Assembly: GCA_012518885.1 (NCBI GenBank)
Contig: JAAYRG010000116.1
Coordinates: 1 to 44,117 of the forward strand
Source of the DNA: Clostridiales bacterium
GTDB lineage: Bacteria; Bacillota; Clostridia; Lachnospirales; Lachnospiraceae
Reading direction: 5' to 3'
Length of the DNA: 44,117 bases
Shown: in pieces, positions 9,081 to 17,855 of the stretch
How the letters are laid out: every line of letters starts with the position of its first letter
Numbering within the stretch: position 1 is the first letter of the stretch
Position numbers and translations under genes: made by a program
Notes under the pieces: model-generated
What the model saw: only the letters and a program-made list of their open reading frames with translations
Databases searched by the model: none
Told to the model about the DNA's origin: nothing

Positions 9081-9901
9081 ATGATTTGACCTCCTGCCTT
9101 ATTTTCATTCTTATCATACTTGGCTAGGATTGCCATACTAATTAGTATGAAAACCATTAGTACAAGGGAGAGTCCTGAACCAGTATGCCAGTTATTTACA
9201 ATCTTAAATTGTTGTTCTATAACATTACCTATTAAGAGAACCTTACTTCCACCTAGGATATCAGAAATTGCAAATGTAGTAAGTGATGGTACAAAAACCA
9301 TAATTACTCCACTTACTACACCAGGAAAACTAAGTGGCCATATTACACGTATAAAGGTTTGAAAGTTGTTAGCACCAAGGTCTTTGGCTGCGTTAACAAT
9401 ATCATCACTAATTTTAACTAAGCTATTATAGATAGGTAATATCATAAAGGGTAGGAAGTTATACACCATACCTATCATTATTGCACTTGGAGTATTAATT
9501 ATACTTAAAGTTGGTAAATTAAAAAAGCTTAGTATTTGATTTAGAATACCGGTATTCTCAAGGATGTTTTGCCAAGCTAGTGTACGAAGTAGTGAATTCA
9601 TCCACATAGGTAATATAAATACTAATACTACAAAACTTGAGCTTTTAATCTTAAGGTTCCTAAGTATTAGGGCCAGGGGATAGGCTAACACTAAACAGAC
9701 AATGGTACTAATAAATGAAAGCTCTAAAGATAACCAAAGGGCCCCCCTATTGATAGGTTTAGAAATAAGGGCAATGTTATCTAGAGTAATGCCTCCACCT
9801 GCACTAGTAAGACCGTAGTAAACAATTAATATAAGAGGGACTACTATAAATCCAACCATCCATACTAGGTAGGGATATGCTAGCCATTTTCTAGTCTTCA
9901 T
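9077..9901 (-). CDS. potB: Spermidine/putrescine ABC transporter permease
   Basis: 274 aa polytopic permease. It overlaps the 3' end of potA by 11 nt. Confidence 0.85.
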   Translation of the reverse strand: MKTRKWLAYPYLVWMVGFIVVPLILIVYYGLTSAGGGITLDNIALISKPINRGALWLSLELSFISTIVCLVLAYPLALILRNLKIKSSSFVVLVFILPMWMNSLLRTLAWQNILENTGILNQILSFFNLPTLSIINTPSAIMIGMVYNFLPFMILPIYNSLVKISDDIVNAAKDLGANNFQTFIRVIWPLSFPGVVSGVIMVFVPSLTTFAISDILGGSKVLLIGNVIEQQFKIVNNWHTGSGLSLVLMVFILISMAILAKYDKNENKAGGQII

Positions 9902-10970
9902 CTATTACCACCGCCTCTTCGTCTTCTGATTCAGGCTTGTTCATAATATGGACATTAAAAGGATGGACTCTTATTCCGACTTCTTTACCAACTGGGAAGA
10001 AATCAGTAGAATGTACTAGGAGTTCATATCCGTTTGTCATTACTTCCATCTCATAATGAACACCCTTAAATATTAGGGAGGTAACAGTCCCAGTAATTAT
10101 TCCTTCACTAGGTTTAACTAAGTCAACATCTTCAGGTCTAATTACAACGTCTACTGGTTTATTCCTACCAAAACCAACGTCAACACAAGGGAAATTAATA
10201 CCTAATATCTTAACAAGTTTATCTTCAACGAAAGTACCACCTATTATGTTACTTTCACCAATAAAGTCCGCAACAAAGGCATTCTCAGGCTCGTTATATA
10301 TATCTACAGGAGACCCTATCTGTTGTATATATCCCTGATTCATAACAACTATAGTATCAGACATTGTTAGTGCCTCTTCTTGGTCATGGGTAACATATAC
10401 AAATGTAATGCCAAGTTCATTCTTAAGCCTAATTAATTCATACTGCATATCTTGACGAAGTTTAAGGTCTAGGGCACCTAAAGGTTCGTCTAGTAATAAA
10501 ACCTTTGGTTCATTAACTATAGCCCTTGCTATAGCAACCCTTTGTTGTTGTCCTCCACTTAAGTTCTCTGGGGAACGATTTTCATACCCATCTAAGTTTA
10601 CTAACTTAAGGGCATGGGCAATCTTGTCGTCAATATAAGCCTTACTCTTTTTCTTAATCTTTAAACCAAAAGCGATATTTTCTGCAACAGTCATATGTGG
10701 AAACAAAGCATATTTTTGAAAAACAGTATTAACCTGTCTTTCGTAAGGCTCCAAATCAGTTATATCTTTTCCTTCGAAAATTACCTTGCCAGTGTCAGGA
10801 GTTTCAAAGCCACCTATAATCCTAAGAGTAGTAGTCTTTCCACACCCACTCGGTCCTAGTAAAGTTAGGAATTCATTCTCCTTAACATAGAGATTTAAAT
10901 CATCTAAGATGACATCACCGTCATATGATTTTGTAATGTTTACTAAATCGATTAGCTTTTTGTCAGTCAT
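9891..10970 (-). CDS. potA: Spermidine/putrescine ABC transporter ATPase
   Basis: 359 aa. Walker [10 protein letters not shown], signature LSGGQQQR, Walker B LLLDEP, and a C-terminal TOBE-like regulatory domain. AGGAGG RBS. Confidence 0.9.
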   Translation of the reverse strand: MTDKKLIDLVNITKSYDGDVILDDLNLYVKENEFLTLLGPSGCGKTTTLRIIGGFETPDTGKVIFEGKDITDLEPYERQVNTVFQKYALFPHMTVAENIAFGLKIKKKSKAYIDDKIAHALKLVNLDGYENRSPENLSGGQQQRVAIARAIVNEPKVLLLDEPLGALDLKLRQDMQYELIRLKNELGITFVYVTHDQEEALTMSDTIVVMNQGYIQQIGSPVDIYNEPENAFVADFIGESNIIGGTFVEDKLVKILGINFPCVDVGFGRNKPVDVVIRPEDVDLVKPSEGIITGTVTSLIFKGVHYEMEVMTNGYELLVHSTDFFPVGKEVGIRVHPFNVHIMNKPESEDEEAVVIDED

Positions 10971-11088
10971 TTTTGTTCCTCCTAATTAATTGAATATGAA
11001 CTTAAGTCATAGGACACAGGTCTTTTTCTTTTGTAATATAAACCCTTCTATACATATTCTATATAATAATTAAAATAATATTAAATTG

Positions 11089-11628
11089 TTAAAAACTAGG
11101 GGGTGTTGATACCCATATAAGCTCAGCGCCATATTTACTAGAAGCCTTTATGTAATGGGTTTTTGATGCAACGTAATAGAAAGACTCCCCTTTTTTAACC
11201 TTATATGAATTATTGCCTAATGTTATAGTTATATTTCCCTTAAGGACAAATCCGAATTCTTCACCCTCATGGGGACTATCAGGATAAGTGGACCCACCTG
11301 GTTCAAGGATTAAAAGAATCGGTTCCATTATATTCTTTTGAGCATTTGGAATAATCCATTTAATCAAATTCTTATATTCACTATCTTGTTTTTCAAAATA
11401 ATCTTCTTTTTTAAAAACTACTTGTTCTGGAGTAGAATTTGCAAAAAAGTCTTCCAAACTGGTACCTAAACACTGGAGTATATCTATAAGTGTTGCAATA
11501 GAAGGAGAGGTCAGATCTCTTTCTAATTGGGAAATAAAACCCTTTGATAATTCAGCACGGTCAGCAAGTTCTTCTTGGGTTAAACCTTTTTGCATCCTAA
11601 GTTCTCTGATTTTTTTTCCTATCTCCAA
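11089..11628 (-). CDS. XRE-family HTH plus cupin-domain transcriptional regulator (PuuR-like architecture)
   Basis: N-terminal HTH (IGKKIRELRMQKGLTQEELA) and a C-terminal cupin barrel. The ORF track extends to a TTG at 11652, but AAAGGAG sits 8 nt upstream of the TTG at 11628, giving MEIGKKIREL. The gene lies directly upstream of potABCD on the same strand. Confidence 0.8.
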   Translation of the reverse strand: MEIGKKIRELRMQKGLTQEELADRAELSKGFISQLERDLTSPSIATLIDILQCLGTSLEDFFANSTPEQVVFKKEDYFEKQDSEYKNLIKWIIPNAQKNIMEPILLILEPGGSTYPDSPHEGEEFGFVLKGNITITLGNNSYKVKKGESFYYVASKTHYIKASSKYGAELIWVSTPPSF

Positions 11629-11685
11629 GTCATCCACTCCTTTATTAAACAATAAGTTTACTTATACTAAACGCATCTTAATTAT

Positions 11686-11705
11686 ACATAAATTAATATT
11701 TATGT
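11686..11705. promoter_or_regulatory. Candidate operator: inverted repeat in the divergent regulator/protease spacer
   Basis: ACATAAAT-TAAT-ATTTATGT, with perfect 8-bp arms. The context is AT-rich, so a chance occurrence is possible. Confidence 0.25.
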
Positions 11706-11790
11706 CAATAAGAAAAATTAAGAATAAAAACATATTTTAAAAAATAGATTTATTAATGAAGAAACTATGGAATGAGAGCAGTTTATTTTT

Positions 11791-12945
11791 ATGAAAAATA
11801 AAGAAAAAGTTCAAGTTATAATTTCTTGTAATAATTTTAAAAAAGACTATGAATACGTAAAAAATATAGGGGAAATAAAATACAGGCTTCCTATGATTAA
11901 CGCCTATGTGGTAGAAGTGTGTGAAAGTAAAATCGATGAAATAGTAAAAAGCGAAGGGGTCTTTGCTTATGAAATGGATGCCCACATAACAGCCCAAATG
12001 GATAGGGTGGCGGATATTATTGAATTACAGTGGGCCCATGATAGGAGAATATATGGCCAGGATATTGGGGTAGCGATTGTAGATACAGGTATATGGCCCC
12101 ATGAAGACTTTATAAATGGTAAGAACCGAATTGTAGGATTCTATGATGTTATTAATGGAAGGAAAGAACCCTATGATGACAACGGTCATGGAACTCATGT
12201 AGCTGGGATCGTGGGAGGAAGTGGAAAAACATCAGGAGGCCGTTATATTGGAATTGCCCCAAAATGTAACCTAGTAGGGGTTAAGGTTTTAAATGAAAAA
12301 GGGGATGGAAATATATCTGATGTCTTAGCAGGGCTCCAATGGATAGTTGACAACAAGAAAAAGTATAATATTAGGATAGTAAATATATCTGTAGGGGCTA
12401 CTACAGATAGTGAAATAGATGAGAATTCTATGCTTGTTAGGGGAGTAAATGCAGTTTGGGATGAGGGAATTGTTGTTGTTGTAGCGGCTGGAAACAATGG
12501 TCCTAATCCAATGTCTATATCAATTCCTGGTATCAGTAGAAAGGTAATAACAGTAGGTTCATCTGATGATAATTTTACTGTTGATGTCTTTGGAACTAAG
12601 AAAAAGGATTATTCAGGGAGGGGGCCAACAGCATCCTGTATAAAAAAGCCTGATGTAATAGCACCTGGTTCTAACATAGCTTCGTGTGGTGTAAGTAAGT
12701 ATAATGCTAATAATCTTACTGGGAGGAGGCCCTATAGACGAATATCCTCCATGTATACAAGAAAAAGTGGAACATCTATGTCAACTCCTATAGTTACAGG
12801 CTCAATTGCCCTTTTACTTTCAAAGTATCCTAATATGACTAATCGAGATGTAAAGCTTAAATTAAGAACTGGAACCATAGACTTAGGATATAGCTGGCCT
12901 AAACAAGGTTGGGGGCTTATAAATATTCCAAAACTCTTATCTTAA
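11791..12945 (+). CDS. Subtilisin-family (S8) serine protease, no signal peptide (AprX-like, presumably intracellular)
   Basis: 384 aa. Catalytic triad motifs VDTGI (Asp), HGTHVAG (His) and GTSMSTP (Ser). The N-terminal ~80 aa look like an I9-type propeptide, and there is no hydrophobic leader. Confidence 0.9.
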   Translation: MKNKEKVQVIISCNNFKKDYEYVKNIGEIKYRLPMINAYVVEVCESKIDEIVKSEGVFAYEMDAHITAQMDRVADIIELQWAHDRRIYGQDIGVAIVDTGIWPHEDFINGKNRIVGFYDVINGRKEPYDDNGHGTHVAGIVGGSGKTSGGRYIGIAPKCNLVGVKVLNEKGDGNISDVLAGLQWIVDNKKKYNIRIVNISVGATTDSEIDENSMLVRGVNAVWDEGIVVVVAAGNNGPNPMSISIPGISRKVITVGSSDDNFTVDVFGTKKKDYSGRGPTASCIKKPDVIAPGSNIASCGVSKYNANNLTGRRPYRRISSMYTRKSGTSMSTPIVTGSIALLLSKYPNMTNRDVKLKLRTGTIDLGYSWPKQGWGLINIPKLLS

Positions 12946-13026
12946 ATAAAAAAAGTTTTAAAAATAGGAAATAAGGCAAGCTAGGTTACATAAGATAGAG
13001 TGTAATCTTATTTAGGAGGCTCATAA

Positions 13027-13227
13027 ATGAGTGATTTAACAGCTACAGGATGTGGCAGAGGATTCGAAAACAGTGGAGCTCTAATTCTTATTATTCTACT
13101 ACTTTGCTGTGGAGGCATCGGAGGATCAGGCTTTGATCGTTGCGGAGATAATAACTTTGGATGCAACGCAATCGTTTGGATCATCTTAATCCTTTGCCTA
13201 TGCGGCAATGATGGATTCGGATTCTAA
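13027..13227 (+). CDS. Cys/Gly-rich 66-aa hydrophobic micropeptide with two repeated TM-like units
   Basis: GGAGG RBS 8 nt upstream of the ATG and a perfect hairpin terminator downstream. It has 7 Cys and 14 Gly, with two 20-aa units (GALILIILLLCCGGIGGSGF and NAIVWIILILCLCGNDGFGF). From memory it resembles the tiny YjcZ-type sporulation TM peptides. Confidence 0.75.
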   Translation: MSDLTATGCGRGFENSGALILIILLLCCGGIGGSGFDRCGDNNFGCNAIVWIILILCLCGNDGFGF

Positions 13228-13256
13228 GAAAAGCATAACTTAATTACCAAAAAGAT

Positions 13257-13285
13257 TGAGCATGTTGTATATTACAACATGCTCA
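13257..13285. terminator. Bidirectional hairpin terminator between the micropeptide gene (+) and the 73-aa gene (-)
   Basis: 13-bp perfect stem TGAGCATGTTGTA / TACAACATGCTCA with a 3-nt loop, followed by TTT. Confidence 0.8.
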
Positions 13286-13315
13286 TTTCCATTATAAGCA
13301 AAAGAAGAAACTTTT

Positions 13316-13537
13316 TTATTTTCTATTTTTATTAGTTTTTTTTGAGTCTATAAGCTTTTTGAAGCATTCTTCATCTATTTCATAGACAGTATTTTCATCA
13401 ATTATAAGACTATCTTGTTTAGGATCCATATTAGCAAGATTCCTTGAATAATAAGAATCCAAAGGAGTTCTTTGATTATGGTAATAGGGTCTATTTTTAC
13501 CGGGTCTAGATTTATTTTTAGAATAATAGTAATCCAT
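13316..13537 (-). CDS. Hypothetical small basic, Tyr-rich protein (73 aa)
   Basis: AAGGAGG RBS directly upstream of the ATG. N-terminus MDYYYSKNKSRPGKNRPYYHNQR. I recognise no family. Confidence 0.65.
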   Translation of the reverse strand: MDYYYSKNKSRPGKNRPYYHNQRTPLDSYYSRNLANMDPKQDSLIIDENTVYEIDEECFKKLIDSKKTNKNRK

Positions 13538-13842
13538 GCTTACCTCCTTATGTTAATTAAAATAACTAAATATTCAATTTTTTAACTTAAAGGACAAAAA
13601 TTTGAGTCTAAATTGAATAAAATTAGTTATTTATATTATTATATGAACAATATATATATATGGGATTGGCAAATGTCTCATTTTATTGTATTTTGTAGAT
13701 AGTTTTTTACCTTGCTAAAAGACTTTATATATTTTATACTTAGGATAACTTAAAGAACTTCTGTTAAAGCCTATCAAGTGGCCGAAACTAAGATATTTTT
13801 TAAAAGAAGATTCACAAAAAGATTAGAGAGGATGGTGAATTA

Positions 13843-14943
13843 ATGGCAGGTTCAACCTATGGTAACTTATTTAAAATTACCACTTGGGGCGAATCCCATG
13901 GCAAAGCTATTGGTGTTGTAGTAGATGGCGTCCCAGCAGGTTTAGATTTGAATGAAGAAATTATTCAGCAGTATTTAAATAGAAGACGTCCTGGTCAAAG
14001 TGAATTTACAACAGAGAGAAATGAAAGTGATAGCGTAGAGATTCTTTCTGGTACCTTTGAAGGTAAATCAACAGGGGCACCCATATCCATGATTGTAAGA
14101 AATAAAGACCAGCATTCAGCTGACTATGATGATATAGCAACCTACTATCGTCCTGGACATGCTGACTATACATTTGATGCAAAGTATGGCTTTAGAGACT
14201 ATCGTGGTGGTGGTCGTACTTCTGGTAGGGAAACAATAGGACGTGTTGCAGCAGGGGCTATAGCTAGTGAAATTTTAAAAAAGCTAAATATTAATGTACG
14301 TGCTTACACTAAGTCAATTGGAGACATTAATATTAACTACAGTAATTGCCAAATTAGTAATATTGCAAAAAGTCCATTTTCTATGCCAGACCTTGAAGCT
14401 TCAGAGGCAGTCGAAGAGTTAGTAAGACTTAAAAAAGAAGAACAAGATTCGCTAGGAGGCATAATTGAATGTATTATTTCAGGTATGCCAATAGGAGTTG
14501 GAGAACCAGTTTTTGATAAACTGGATGCCAATCTTGCTAAGGCTATAATGTCTATTGGAGCAATAAAGGGAATAGAGTTTGGTTCAGGCTTTATGGCGGC
14601 TAAAAGCACAGGTTCACAAAATAATGATCCTTTTATAATTGATGAGAATGGGAACATTAGTAAGGTAACTAATAACGCAGGTGGCCTTCTTGGCGGCCTT
14701 AGTGATGGTACTGAAATAGTTTTTAGGGCAGCAGTAAAGCCAACATCATCAATTGCTATGACCCAAAAGACAGTTAACAAGGCTGGGGAAAACATCGAAA
14801 TCAATATTAAAGGTCGACATGACCCCCTAATAGTGCCTAGGGCAGTAGTTGTTGTAGAATCTATGGCTGCCATTACTCTAGTTGATATGTTATTTATGAA
14901 CATGACCTCTAAAATCGACAATATTGTAAAGATTTATAAGTAA
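13843..14943 (+). CDS. aroC: Chorismate synthase
   Basis: 366 aa. N-terminal TWGESHG motif, GGGRTSGRET and KGRHDP motifs. Confidence 0.95.
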   Translation: MAGSTYGNLFKITTWGESHGKAIGVVVDGVPAGLDLNEEIIQQYLNRRRPGQSEFTTERNESDSVEILSGTFEGKSTGAPISMIVRNKDQHSADYDDIATYYRPGHADYTFDAKYGFRDYRGGGRTSGRETIGRVAAGAIASEILKKLNINVRAYTKSIGDININYSNCQISNIAKSPFSMPDLEASEAVEELVRLKKEEQDSLGGIIECIISGMPIGVGEPVFDKLDANLAKAIMSIGAIKGIEFGSGFMAAKSTGSQNNDPFIIDENGNISKVTNNAGGLLGGLSDGTEIVFRAAVKPTSSIAMTQKTVNKAGENIEINIKGRHDPLIVPRAVVVVESMAAITLVDMLFMNMTSKIDNIVKIYK

Positions 14944-14977
14944 GCAAAGGTTTTTGAAAAAGGAAGGAGACATTTAG

Positions 14978-16585
14978 TTGAAATTAAATAATGAAGCACT
15001 AAAAAATAAAAAAGTTTGGGAAGATGCAGGTTTTGAATTGCCACAATTTGATAGAGAGGCAATGATTGAAGAAACTGCTAAGAATCCTGAATGGATACAC
15101 TTTGGAGGAGGTAATATCTTCCGTGCATTCCCAGCAGCAGTTCATCAAGAACTTTTAAACAAGGGGATTGTTAAGACTGGTATTATAGTTGCAGAAGGTT
15201 ATGACTATGAAATTATTGATAAGGCATACCAAAAATTCGATGACTTATCTGTACTTGTAACCTTAAAAGCAGATGGAAGTCTTGAAAAGAAAGTAATTGG
15301 AAGTATTGCAGAAAGTCTAAGAGTAGATACTAACAATAATAAAGACTGGTCTCGTTTATCAGAAATCTTTGCACATCCAGGCCTTAAGATGGCTTCATTT
15401 ACTATTACTGAAAAGGGTTATAGCCTAGCTAATCCACAAGGTGAGTTTTATCCTGATGTAGCAAAAGACTTTGAGCAAAAGCCAGAAAACGCTAATAGCT
15501 ATATTGGTAAACTTGTAGCTCTTCTATATGTTAGATTTAAGAATGGAGCTACTCCACTTACTCTAGTAAGTATGGATAATGTTTCTCACAACGGAGACAA
15601 ACTTCTAGCTGCTGTTACAACATTTGCTGACAAATGGGTAGAAAACAATATAGTAGAAGCTGAGTTTAAGGCTTATGTAAGAGAAAAAGTATCCTATCCA
15701 TGGTCTATGATTGATAAAATCACACCAAGACCAGCTGAGTCAGTAATTAAGATGTTAGAAGATGCAGGTTTTGAAGATACAGAGTCTGTAGTAACTTCAA
15801 AGAATACATTTGTTGCACCTTTTGTTAATGCAGAAGAGTCCCAATATCTAGTTATTGAAGATGCATTCTTAAATGGTAGAGTTCCTCTAGATAAGGGTGG
15901 AATAATTTATACTGATAAAGAGACTGTTGATAAGGTTGAAACTATGAAGGTAACTACTTGTCTTAACCCACTTCATACATCTCTTGCAGTATTTGGTTGC
16001 CTACTAGGTTTTGAAAAAATATCCGATGAGATGAAGGATAAAGAACTACTTGAATTAGTTAAGAGAATTGGATATGATGAGGGTCTACCAGTTGTAGTAA
16101 ATCCTGGAATCATTAACCCAAGAGATTTCATTGATGAAGTTATTAATGTTAGACTACCTAACCCATTTATGCCTGATACACCACAAAGAATTGCAACTGA
16201 TACTTCACAAAAGCTTGCTATTCGTTTTGGTGAAACTATTAAGTCATATGACAAGGCAGATGATAAGGATGTAGCAGACCTAACATTTATTCCTCTTACT
16301 CTAGCAGGATGGTGCCGTTACCTAATGGGTATTAATGATGAAGGTAAAGAGTTTGAGCTTAGTCCAGACCCATTATTACCATCATTAAAGCCTATTATTT
16401 CTAAAATAAGCCTAGGTCAAACAGACAACCTTCATGAAGTATTAAAAGAAATCCTATCCAATGATAAGATTTTTGGAGTCAACCTATATGAAGTAGGTTT
16501 AGGAGAAAAAGTAGAAGGTTTATTTGCTAAGTTAAATGCTGGACCAGGTGCTGTGCGTAGTACTCTAAAGGAATATTTGGCTTAA
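14978..16585 (+). CDS. Mannitol dehydrogenase family oxidoreductase (fructuronate/mannonate-reductase-like), TTG start
   Basis: 535 aa. N-terminal Rossmann region (IHFGGGNIFRAF), TITEKGY and DKITPRP motifs typical of the long-chain mannitol-DH family. GGAGA RBS about 8 nt upstream of the TTG. Confidence 0.8.
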   Translation: MKLNNEALKNKKVWEDAGFELPQFDREAMIEETAKNPEWIHFGGGNIFRAFPAAVHQELLNKGIVKTGIIVAEGYDYEIIDKAYQKFDDLSVLVTLKADGSLEKKVIGSIAESLRVDTNNNKDWSRLSEIFAHPGLKMASFTITEKGYSLANPQGEFYPDVAKDFEQKPENANSYIGKLVALLYVRFKNGATPLTLVSMDNVSHNGDKLLAAVTTFADKWVENNIVEAEFKAYVREKVSYPWSMIDKITPRPAESVIKMLEDAGFEDTESVVTSKNTFVAPFVNAEESQYLVIEDAFLNGRVPLDKGGIIYTDKETVDKVETMKVTTCLNPLHTSLAVFGCLLGFEKISDEMKDKELLELVKRIGYDEGLPVVVNPGIINPRDFIDEVINVRLPNPFMPDTPQRIATDTSQKLAIRFGETIKSYDKADDKDVADLTFIPLTLAGWCRYLMGINDEGKEFELSPDPLLPSLKPIISKISLGQTDNLHEVLKEILSNDKIFGVNLYEVGLGEKVEGLFAKLNAGPGAVRSTLKEYLA

Positions 16586-16647
16586 TACCTATAAAAATCA
16601 ATATCTAATATAAATGGTAAAAGTATTAATACTAGCCACTAAAACTA

Positions 16648-16683
16648 CTGCATAGAGAAGAAACCTCTCTATGCAGTTTTTTT
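16648..16683 (+). terminator. Rho-independent terminator
   Basis: CTGCATAGAGA (16648-16658) / TCTCTATGCAG (16666-16676) followed by TTTTTTT. Confidence 0.85.
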
Positions 16684-16706
16684 AAATAAAAAACGGGGGT
16701 GTATAC

Positions 16707-17855
16707 ATGAGGTTCTTTCACATATCAGACCTACATATAGGAAAAAAGTTACATGAAGTAGACATAACAAAGGACCAAGAACATATTTTAGAAGAAATAA
16801 TAAAAATGGCTACAAAGCATAAGCCTGATGCAATTTTCATTGCAGGGGATGTATATGATAGGAGTGTTCCACCAGCAAGTGCTCTAAATTTATTCAATGA
16901 CTTTATAACAGAGTTAGAATCTAGGGATATAAAAGTCTTTATTATTAGTGGTAACCACGATTCTCCTGACAGGTTACAATTCGCTAAAGAAATTCTAGAG
17001 AAAAATGATATCTATATAGCAGGTAGCTTTAATGGTAGTCTACAAAAGGTAGTAGTAGAGGATGAATACGGCCATGTTAATGTTTATATGCTACCCTTTA
17101 TAAAACCAAGTATTGTTTCGAACTTCTTTAAGGAAGAATTCATAGATTCTTATGAGAAGGCCTTTCGCCTACTTATTGAAGCACAAGAGATTGATTTATC
17201 AGAAAGAAATATTCTTATATCCCACCAATTTGTAACTAATCAAGGTGTTGAACCTGAGACTTCAGAATCTGAAGCTATTAGGGTTGGGGGCTTAGATAAC
17301 ATTGACGTATCGGCATTTGACCGCTTTGATTACGTAGCCCTAGGCCATATTCATAGGCCACAAAAGATAGGTAGGGAGACTGTTAGGTATAGTGGAACAC
17401 CTCTTAAATACTCTTTTTCTGAATGTAATCATAAAAAGTCCGTGACTATGGTTGACTTTGGAGAGAAAGGGGACATTAAGATAGACTTTCTTCCCCTTAA
17501 TCCCTTAAAAGATATGGTCATACTTAAGGATAAGTTAGAAAACTTGCTAACTAAGGAAGAGTACACAAAGCATTCTAATGACTATATAGCTGCAATAATT
17601 ACTGATGAAGAAGACTTGTTTGACCCAATTGGACAACTAAGAAGTGTATATAAGAATACCCTTCAAATTGAAATAGAAAATACCAAGTCCCAATATGTAG
17701 ACCATGACTTGGTTTATTCAGGTGATATTAAGGAAAAAGACCCCTTAGACTTATTTAAGGAGTTTTATTATATGCAAAACAATGAAGAGATGACTGATAT
17801 TCAAGAGAAGATTATCCTTGAAATTCTTGATGAACTTGGGGGTGGACAAGATTGA
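16707..17855 (+). CDS. sbcD: Exonuclease SbcCD, nuclease subunit D (Mre11-like)
   Basis: 382 aa. Calcineurin-like phosphoesterase motifs DLHIG, GDVYD, GNHD and GHIH. Confidence 0.92.
   Translation: MRFFHISDLHIGKKLHEVDITKDQEHILEEIIKMATKHKPDAIFIAGDVYDRSVPPASALNLFNDFITELESRDIKVFIISGNHDSPDRLQFAKEILEKNDIYIAGSFNGSLQKVVVEDEYGHVNVYMLPFIKPSIVSNFFKEEFIDSYEKAFRLLIEAQEIDLSERNILISHQFVTNQGVEPETSESEAIRVGGLDNIDVSAFDRFDYVALGHIHRPQKIGRETVRYSGTPLKYSFSECNHKKSVTMVDFGEKGDIKIDFLPLNPLKDMVILKDKLENLLTKEEYTKHSNDYIAAIITDEEDLFDPIGQLRSVYKNTLQIEIENTKSQYVDHDLVYSGDIKEKDPLDLFKEFYYMQNNEEMTDIQEKIILEILDELGGGQD

Noticed and set aside
11737-11997. 86-aa ORF overlapping the start of the S8 protease gene on the opposite strand
   Set aside because: Its F/Y/I/N/K-rich translation is what an AT-rich region produces. 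It has no RBS, and it overlaps the promoter and 5' end of a solid gene.
13008-13208. 66-aa ORF antisense to the Cys/Gly-rich micropeptide gene
   Set aside because: Its P/Q/R/S-rich translation mirrors the G/C-rich codons of the sense gene, and it has no RBS. The sense gene has a consensus GGAGG and a terminator.
11791-13227. Reading the S8 protease plus Cys-rich peptide as a lanthipeptide/RiPP cluster (LanP plus precursor)
   Set aside because: No LanB/LanC/LanM, radical-SAM, cyclodehydratase or ABC exporter/immunity gene is nearby. The peptide has almost no Ser/Thr in its C-terminal part and looks like a membrane-embedded repeat peptide. I keep it only as a minor alternative in the finding.
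14337-14921. 194-aa ORF antisense to aroC
   Set aside because: It lies wholly inside and opposite a very well-supported chorismate synthase gene. Its composition is low-complexity (S/L/I/A/P-rich) and it has no RBS, so it is a typical shadow ORF.
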